Origin: Nemertoderma westbladi
Taxonomy: Eukaryota > Animalia > Xenacoelomorpha
Direction of reading: 5' to 3'
Assembly: GCA_032718475.1 (NCBI GenBank)
Contig: JAUCBJ010002206.1
Span: 1 to 58,900, forward strand
Length of the DNA: 58,900 nt
The notes beneath the pieces are model-generated. The model searched no databases. It had not been told where the DNA came from and was given only the letters and a program-made list of their open reading frames with translations. A program made the translations under genes and the position numbers. How positions within the stretch are numbered: position 1 is the stretch's first letter; the number at the start of each line of letters is the position of its first letter. Shown here piece after piece: positions 51,910-58,900 of this stretch.

Positions 51910-54029
51910 TCAATCTATATTATTATGTGGGTAGGATATAGGGTTGATTGTCTGGGTCATAATTAATTGACAGTATACCATAAACACCAACAACAAAATT
52001 TTATAGTAGCACATTATAATTTGCATTGTTTGTGTTTTTATGGTGGTGATATAATAAATATTAATAAATAAATAATATTGGCCTGAGGTCAAAACAAAAC
52101 TATAATTATATAAATAAAAAACAAACTTTTCTCTTGAAGGTGAAACGTCTATAGCATTGGAATCTGGTCCTGTAGCATTGGAATCTGGTCCTATAGCATT
52201 GGAATCTGGTCCTATAGCATTGGAATCTGGTCCTGTAGCATTGGAATCTGGTCCTATAGCATTGAAATCTGGTCCTATAGCATTGGAATCTGGTCCTATA
52301 GCATTGGAATCTGGTCCTGTAGCATTGGAATCTGGTCCTATAGCATTGGAATCTGGTCCTGTAGCATTGGAATCTGGTCCTGTAGCATTGGAATCTGGTC
52401 CTGTAGCATTGGAATCTGGTCCTGTAGCATTGGAATCTGGTCCTGTAGCATTGGAATCTGGTCCTGTAGCATTGGAATCTGGTCCTATAGCATTGGTGTC
52501 TGGAGCAGTAGAACCAGGATGTGAAAGAGCAAAGTTGAATGCCCTTTGATGTCTATCACGTGCTGATAAAGCCTCACTGGTTGACTGAACAGCCTCATAT
52601 ATCCGTAATTGTGTTTCCCTAGAATGACCCATTGAGTGAGCAGCGTTTTCTTTTTCATGGACTTCTCCTGGTAGTCTTTGGTTGAAAAAACTCTTGGCGT
52701 GCCGAAAACTAGTCGATCCTGCCTTCGACTTGGAACCTGGGACGAGTTTTTGCCACAGGTTATTAAGTGGGATGCTGGTGTTGTTAAGTTGCTCTCCATT
52801 ACGTGTCACAAATACGAAACTTGAATCAGAAGACAACGTACGAGAAGTGTATAATGTGCGACCGATATAAACCCATTTCTTTAATAAAACGTAATCCTTA
52901 TAGCTAATGATAATTTTCTGTGGTCCATAAAATCCTGAGGTCTTGTGATTTGGTACTTGAAAAATAAACACATTATTACCGCTGATATCTGTGGTTACAA
53001 AACCCTCCTTGAAATGTTTCACTTTTAAGTTCTTTACAACACACTCTCGCAATCCCAGGTCGTATATTATTAGACTTATAAGATACGTTTGCATTTCTGT
53101 CAGTTCGTCTTTGTCATCAACGTCAGGTAACCTTGTAATATTGTCGCGAATTTTATCAATATATGAAGACGTCTGAAACTTATTTATCTCCTCAGCTGTA
53201 GGCATGGTTTCCGTAGCCCTTTGGCGAACTGTATAGGCGTGCTTTCTAACATCGGACTTCTGTCGCCGTTGTAAATCTTTTGTCACTGTCAGGCCTTTCA
53301 CGGCCCCGCTAACATCATTTAAGACAAGAAATTCAAAGTATCTCTGAAGTCTCCTTAGTACGGCTTTCAGTGTATTGGCAGACCGGGTGCCACCACCACG
53401 AATTTTCTCAGAAGCTACTTGACAGTATGCATTATGTAATTTTTGTGGATCACTTATCTCATCGAACCTTAGTATGTAGTTCTCTTTATTATCACCCATA
53501 TGTTTAAAGAATGTTCTCACACTCGAAGCTATCATTAAGATATCCCTCTCTCTTTCTTTTAATGATTCTTCATTATAATCTGCTTTCAAATAATCCATAA
53601 ATTGATCCATCATAGGAGGTTCACCTGGTTCACCAGCGTCAATAGCAGGTAGTATATAACGACTTGGATCATGTAACATTCGTTCACGCTCTGGATCTCC
53701 GGGTAGAAGATTGTGTTTACAAGTCAGATGGTCACCAATCTTATAAAAACATTTATTGCAAATTAAGCACCGCGATATTCGACGATTCGGTTTCTTTTTA
53801 CCACTTTTATATAATCTTATCACACCAGATTTCTTAAAATATAGTTCTTTACTCTCCAGAGACAGCCGGCTTAAAACCCCGGCATGTTGTATTTGGTGTC
53901 GATTGCGTAGATGATCATTAATTCGAAGCGTTTCTTTGTGACAGAGTTTACAGATTCTAGGTATATGAGAGTCTTTTGATTTTTGTGGCATGGAAACATC
54001 ATCACAATCTCCATTGGTATCAATGCAAT
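51910..54029 (-). CDS. Large exon encoding two C2H2-like zinc fingers + tyrosine recombinase + PDSNATG repeats
   Basis: CKLC..INDHLRNRH and CLIC..IGDHLTCKH fingers. YR motifs GLRE (R, about 53048), NHKT (K), FVFVTRNG, TSFRH (R) and AHSMGHSRETQLRIY (H, Y). No internal stops. The acceptor ttctccgtag at 54030 is in frame with MPQK. The true 3' end after about 52140 is uncertain. Confidence 0.9.
52150..52497. repeat. 21-bp coding tandem repeat (PDSNA[T/I]G)n, about 16 copies
   Basis: TAGCATTGGAATCTGGTCC(TG/TA) repeated in frame. Confidence 0.95.
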
Positions 54030-54995
54030 CTACGGAGAAAAAAACAAATTATATAATGAAGTATAAATAATTTGAATACTGGAGGGCTTATCTGAACGAA
54101 GTTAATGTATAATCAACTCAATATATAACTGACTGGGACTGTATTGTCGAGCCACGAAGTGAGCGAAGCCTTAGCATATGGGTACCATTAACGAGTTGTC
54201 TGTCGTAGTCGTCACATGTCTAACTTTTGATCACTAATAACTTTGTAATTCCTTGATGATATTAAACCAAACTTTGTATGTACTGTATGTAGTACGTCAA
54301 AAGTTTAGAAAGAATATGAGGTTTGGTCAAAAATCAGACAGTCTGTCAGTCGGTACCGGTAGGTATTCTAGCGGTACCGCATCACTTCGTCTAGGTTTAA
54401 TAACTTTAGCATTGCATCAATTTTGATGAAACTTTCACAGATTGACGTATGGAATATTCGTAATTCAATGAGTACATAGAACTCGTTTATATACTCATTC
54501 ATGTCATACTCGTTTATAGCTTCCCACAATTTCACGGTCCGTCACTAGGAGGCGCTAAATATCCACTTCGTCTAGACGCCGTACCTGGGCGGGAAATTTA
54601 CAAATTGTCCCTCCATCCACTAATTGCATTCATAAGAGAGGCAGGTGTATGCTGGCCCGGTTGATGTTTACATACTTACTGTATATAGAAGCTCAGCTGA
54701 GAAGTGGATTGGTTGCAAGTACTATAGATTACAGCTTCTCAGGTTAACTGAGTCTCGTGCTGCGCGAAAGCCCCACAAACATGTATCTTACTGTATTTAC
54801 GCGAATAAGTTATACCCCACCCACCCCGCCCGGGGGTGGGGTATAGGCAGGGCCGCATTTAGGAAAAGACCAACTACGCCAGAAATAGTAAATAATAAAT
54901 GTAGTATAACTAGTAGGCTAAATTATATATTACCAACAAACTGAGGGGGTAGATTCTGGGGTCTAATCTACGCCGCTAACAGATATGATACCAAC

Positions 54996-56152
54996 CATTC
55001 TGCTGGGTCGTAGCCGCATCAAACTCCTCCTGTGTCGTGGCCGCATCAAACTCCTCCTGTGTCGTGGCCGCATCAAACTCCTCCTGTGTCGTGGCCGCAT
55101 CAAACTCCTCCTGTGTCGTGGCCGCATCAAACTCCTCCTGTGTCGTGGCCGCATCAAACTCCTCCTGTGTCGTGGCCGCATCAAACTCCTCCTGTGTCGT
55201 GGCCGCATCAAACTCCTCCTGTGTCGTGGCCGCATCAAGCTCCTGAAAAATATCACCGACACCCTGGTAACATGTGTCATTGTTGGCCATCTGTTGCATG
55301 GCAATGCCTGCGTTCGGCAGTGTAGTTGGTTGTGGAACATCATGCCACGATGCAGAAGCGTTAACCGATGGATCTGCGTTAAAATATAGGACAACAAAAT
55401 ATACAATCACAGTAAGGAAGGATGGAATGTGCCCTTTGTTATGAAACTGGCGTTTGTGACACTTAGAAAAACACCATCGACATTTGAACGGACTCTAAGC
55501 AAGATTATATTTTACTTCTCGATATATGGCTTGGCTGTCTGTCTGTCTACCCGATAGTCTATTTTATAAAGTTTAAATACCGGTACCTCCATGTTTTTCT
55601 GAACTTCCATCATCTTCATCCAATAAACTTTCTAGTTCTTCTAAGTCAGGTGGTATTTCTGAACTTCCATCAACTTCATCCAATAAACTTTCTGGTTCTT
55701 CTAAGTCAGGTGGTGCGACGCTGTTATCTGTAATAAATTAATTGGTGTTGAGCTAATGAAACTAAAAATTAAGGAACAGTCATGTTTCAGGTGCCGAAAA
55801 ATGCTACACCAGACCAGACCGTACAGTTACGTATACAAGTATACAATTAATACAGCAATACAGAATTACTAAAATATTATTAATTTATGAGTTTGTACAG
55901 TGAATTTGAACAGGCTAGGGGGGGGGGGGGGGGGGGAGCTAGAGTATTATTGGTTCATTATTTTGGGCATGGTTAGTCAGCCCCCAATCCTAATTAAAAC
56001 TGTCATGCAAAAATGCTCAATGCTTACATAGGGTTAGGTATTTGACTAAAAATGCTGGTACCGGTAACAAAATTCACCTGACTCACCTCGATCGAGATCT
56101 AGCCCCAACTCAATAAGAGTATTTCGATTGTGAATTGTATTAACCGGTGTAT
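54996..56152 (-). CDS. Upstream phase-1 exons of the YR gene: 56087-56152, 55587-55727, 54996-55373 (acidic, repeat-containing)
   Basis: Lengths of 66, 141 and 378 bp are all multiples of 3. All have AG/GT borders and open phase-1 frames that join in frame to the exon starting at 54029. They contain a 60-bp duplication (PPDLEE.ESLLDE.DGSSE) and a 27-bp repeat (DAATTQEEF) of about 9 copies. Confidence 0.7.
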
Positions 56153-56953
56153 CTATTCGCCCGGACGAATAAACGAATGAACCCCTGCAAATATATAAAG
56201 TTCATTGCAGGACGCAATTCACTGAATTTCAGGGCGTACAGTTCTCTTAAATACCGGTAGGCCTATATCAGATCTGTACATATTATCATATAAATAAGAA
56301 AAATATATAATAATTAATAATAACATAATAATAATAATATATAATAATAGCCATACATCCATGAAAAAATTTAGCTTCCTATACGTTAGGCGTAATTTGG
56401 GACATCATATAGGCTATAGGTTTAAAAAATAAATATTGTGATTGTAAAAAAATAGTATGACTAATAAATAAATAAAGGATACAAAGACTGCAACAGCCGA
56501 ACACTGACTGTTCAGATGTTAGCTATACCGGTACCTCTGAAAACTGAAAATAGTAAAAAAAAAGCATTTTAGACTGCCCACACTGGTACACGCAACTGTT
56601 TGTGCTTTACTATTTTCAGTTTTTTGTCTGTCTGTATCAGTAGGCTACCTGTTGTAGCATACTGATCACTGATGCGCTTTGAAATCACCCAATATACAAA
56701 ACTAGCAACTAGTACATTTTACACCCTACACATTTTACCCTGTACATTTTTCACATATTTTTCTAAAATGTTTTATGTCCCAAATTCCCCCAGTTGACCC
56801 TATCTTTAATTCAATGACCACCTAAACCTAACAATGAGACCAGTATTACATCGCCCTAACCTACTACCGGTATTGTAGACTCACTCATTCACATAAGGAG
56901 ATATATTTTAACCAGCCAATATGATGCTCATGCCTTTACATCATAGTTCTTAC

Positions 56954-57869
56954 CTTTGAACGGGAACAACTGCTCTTTTTTTCGAAGGTGTAAAGCAATC
57001 CTTGGCTCTAATCAATTGTTCCTCCGCCAGGTTGAACGAATCTGTAATATAAATTAAACTCATGGTACCGTTATCTAAAGTAAAGCATAGTACTGTAGTA
57101 GGTCGTCAACCCGGTCCCACTTGGTGTAGTGGTAAAACTGGTAACAGTTAAATACCTTGGTGTAGTGGTTGCATTTGCATTGAATTCACATCTCTCTGTA
57201 GGTCGCGGGTTCAATCCCCCCCCCCCCCCCCCCCCCCACATGCCACATGGGCAAGGGCAGTTTTCGTTTCGGCACGAATGCTTTAAAGGGGACTAGCCAG
57301 GGCGCATCTGAGCCTTTCATCCTTAATTGGTAGCTAAATGGGTACAGGTACTGCAGTTTCCTCTGGGGAGTAAAGTTCTGGGGGGACCGCACTGGAAATA
57401 AGTCGTCAGACTTTGTGTGTAAACCCGCCCCCGGCCTAACGGCCGAAGAAAATTTACTTCACTTTACTTTAGGGCTACCGGCGCCGGCAGACCGGTACTT
57501 TTTACAGTGTTTTACTAAAAATATCTGCCGGTAGGTAAAGGTCTGCCAGGCTACCCTACCTGTCACCTGTACAGGCAGACATGTACCGGTAATTATTCAG
57601 TAGAGCTAGACAGCTAGAGGCTTACCTTTTTGATCGATAATAAAAACATCGTAATGTTCCCAGTCCAGCATATCAGATGGTTCCAACATTGATTGTTTCC
57701 TAAGTTTTTTAAACTTTTCATTAGATAATCTCTGGATGTTTGAAGGGTAAGGGCAGTAAGTTACCCGTACCGTTTCGCCATTTCCATCCACCTCATTATC
57801 AGTCGACAACCAACGGGTCGGGACTGTTAATAGACTATTATCGACAATAAACTTCACCACGGAGAACAT
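56954..57869 (-). CDS. First two exons (57626-57869, 56954-57041) encoding an N-terminal domain like that of DUF4806-type proteins
   Basis: MFSVVKF...LTVPTRWL...CPYP...P....WEHY, gtaag donor, then an in-frame join to DSFNLAEEQLIRAK and another gtaag donor. The link to the YR exons needs one phase-2-to-1 exon. Confidence 0.62.
57157..57470 (+). mobile_element. tRNA-derived SINE in an intron
   Basis: A box TGGTGTAGTGG, B box GGTTCAATCC, central GAGCCTTTCATCCTT..GGTAGCTAAATGGGTAC segment, and a (TTTAC)n-like tail. Confidence 0.7.
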
Positions 57870-58900
57870 TATGCCAAGCGCCAAGGTTAATTATGTAGGC
57901 CTAAAGGAAATGCATTTAGGAAATGCGCAAATGTGAAGTTAAGGGCTAAATGCTGAAATGCTTTACAGCTTTAGGCTGTTAGGCCTACGACTTTCATTCA
58001 GACTACCGGTAAGAGAGAACAAGTTTGCAGCACTGCATTTACTGTACTACCATGGCCATGGTACTACTGCATTAACGCGGATGAATATTACAACAATACA
58101 ACAGAAATCTAATATTCCATTAAGACAATGATGAACTTCAATTATATTGCTTTGAAAACACCTGTTTTCAAGATAAAGATTTAATATGATAACTTTCATA
58201 CCAGTAGCCAAACGTAACATATTTAGAATGACAAAATTATTCTCTTCAAAATATCCTATTTCAAAATCAAAAACAATTTAACCCAGCAAAATATGTCTTA
58301 GGGCGTACTACATTATTAACGAAATTGTGATAAGGGGGGGGGGGGGGGGGGGGGGGGTGGTGGTGGTGCTGCCGGGTAGTGGCCTACGTAGTATTCTTCA
58401 CATGGGGAAAACTGCGAAGTGAAATATAACAGCAGAAAGTTTGGTGTACTTTACATGACGTTAGTTATTGAATTGGGAAACTACTTGTTTGGGGTATGAA
58501 TTCGGATATGATTACAAATGAAAAAATAATGTTACAAACGTTTAAATAGACTAACGCGAAATGATATATCTCAAATCTATATAAAGTGTCCATATAGGGT
58601 AACTTTATATCAACACTAAATGGCCAGTATTATACAGTATGTAGTTCCAGGCACACAGGCATACCGAGATATCAAACTTTATTTGATATGGCCATAGTGG
58701 CAAATTTCGACGGAATTGGGTAAGTCTCAAAGGTCACAGTTTCCATACAGTGAAAACACATAAATCAGGGAAATAAGTATTCTTATAGCTGGAAAAATGT
58801 CCCTTTTGGTATAGAGTAAAAAGCGATGAGATGACGCTTTTAATTATTCATCATTGATCATTCATTATTCGTCATCACGTTATTCTAACCAAAATAATAA

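Noticed and set aside
51910-54029. DIRS/Ngaro retrotransposon or bacterial/phage integrase contamination
   Set aside because: There is no associated gag/RT/RNase H or split repeats. Spliceosomal-type introns, C2H2 fingers and intronic animal repeats argue for a eukaryotic gene.
57119-57216. tRNA gene
   Set aside because: A and B boxes are present but I could not form a cloverleaf, and the sequence continues into a SINE-like body and tail.

Overview
This is an AT-rich, repeat-saturated animal genomic window, probably from a marine invertebrate, as inferred from its TE families and GT-AG introns. It has no recognisable housekeeping gene. The young layer is ordinary: two RTE-type LINEs with (TAG)n tails, an L2 LINE with an intact APE-RT frame, CR1-type LINE pieces, Penelope GIY-YIG fragments, a Copia gag, BEL/Pao protease and integrase pieces, two piggyBacs (one with both TIRs and TTAA duplications), a tRNA-type SINE, hammerhead-like cores and several minisatellites. 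Beneath these insertions lies an older, recurring set of non-housekeeping genes. The main one is an apparently intact, intron-containing gene for a zinc-finger plus tyrosine recombinase (YR) at 51910-57869 (-). There are three further YR remnants from two families, two SGNH-hydrolase genes, a spliced SAMD3-like gene and other orphan spliced ORFs. One SGNH+YR cassette is amplified as a near-identical 2375-bp tandem array. The leading hypothesis, which is inference only because no element ends were found, is that this is the interior of one or more large, cargo-carrying, YR-mobilised elements in an animal genome. All family calls come from motifs recognised by eye; no searches were run.
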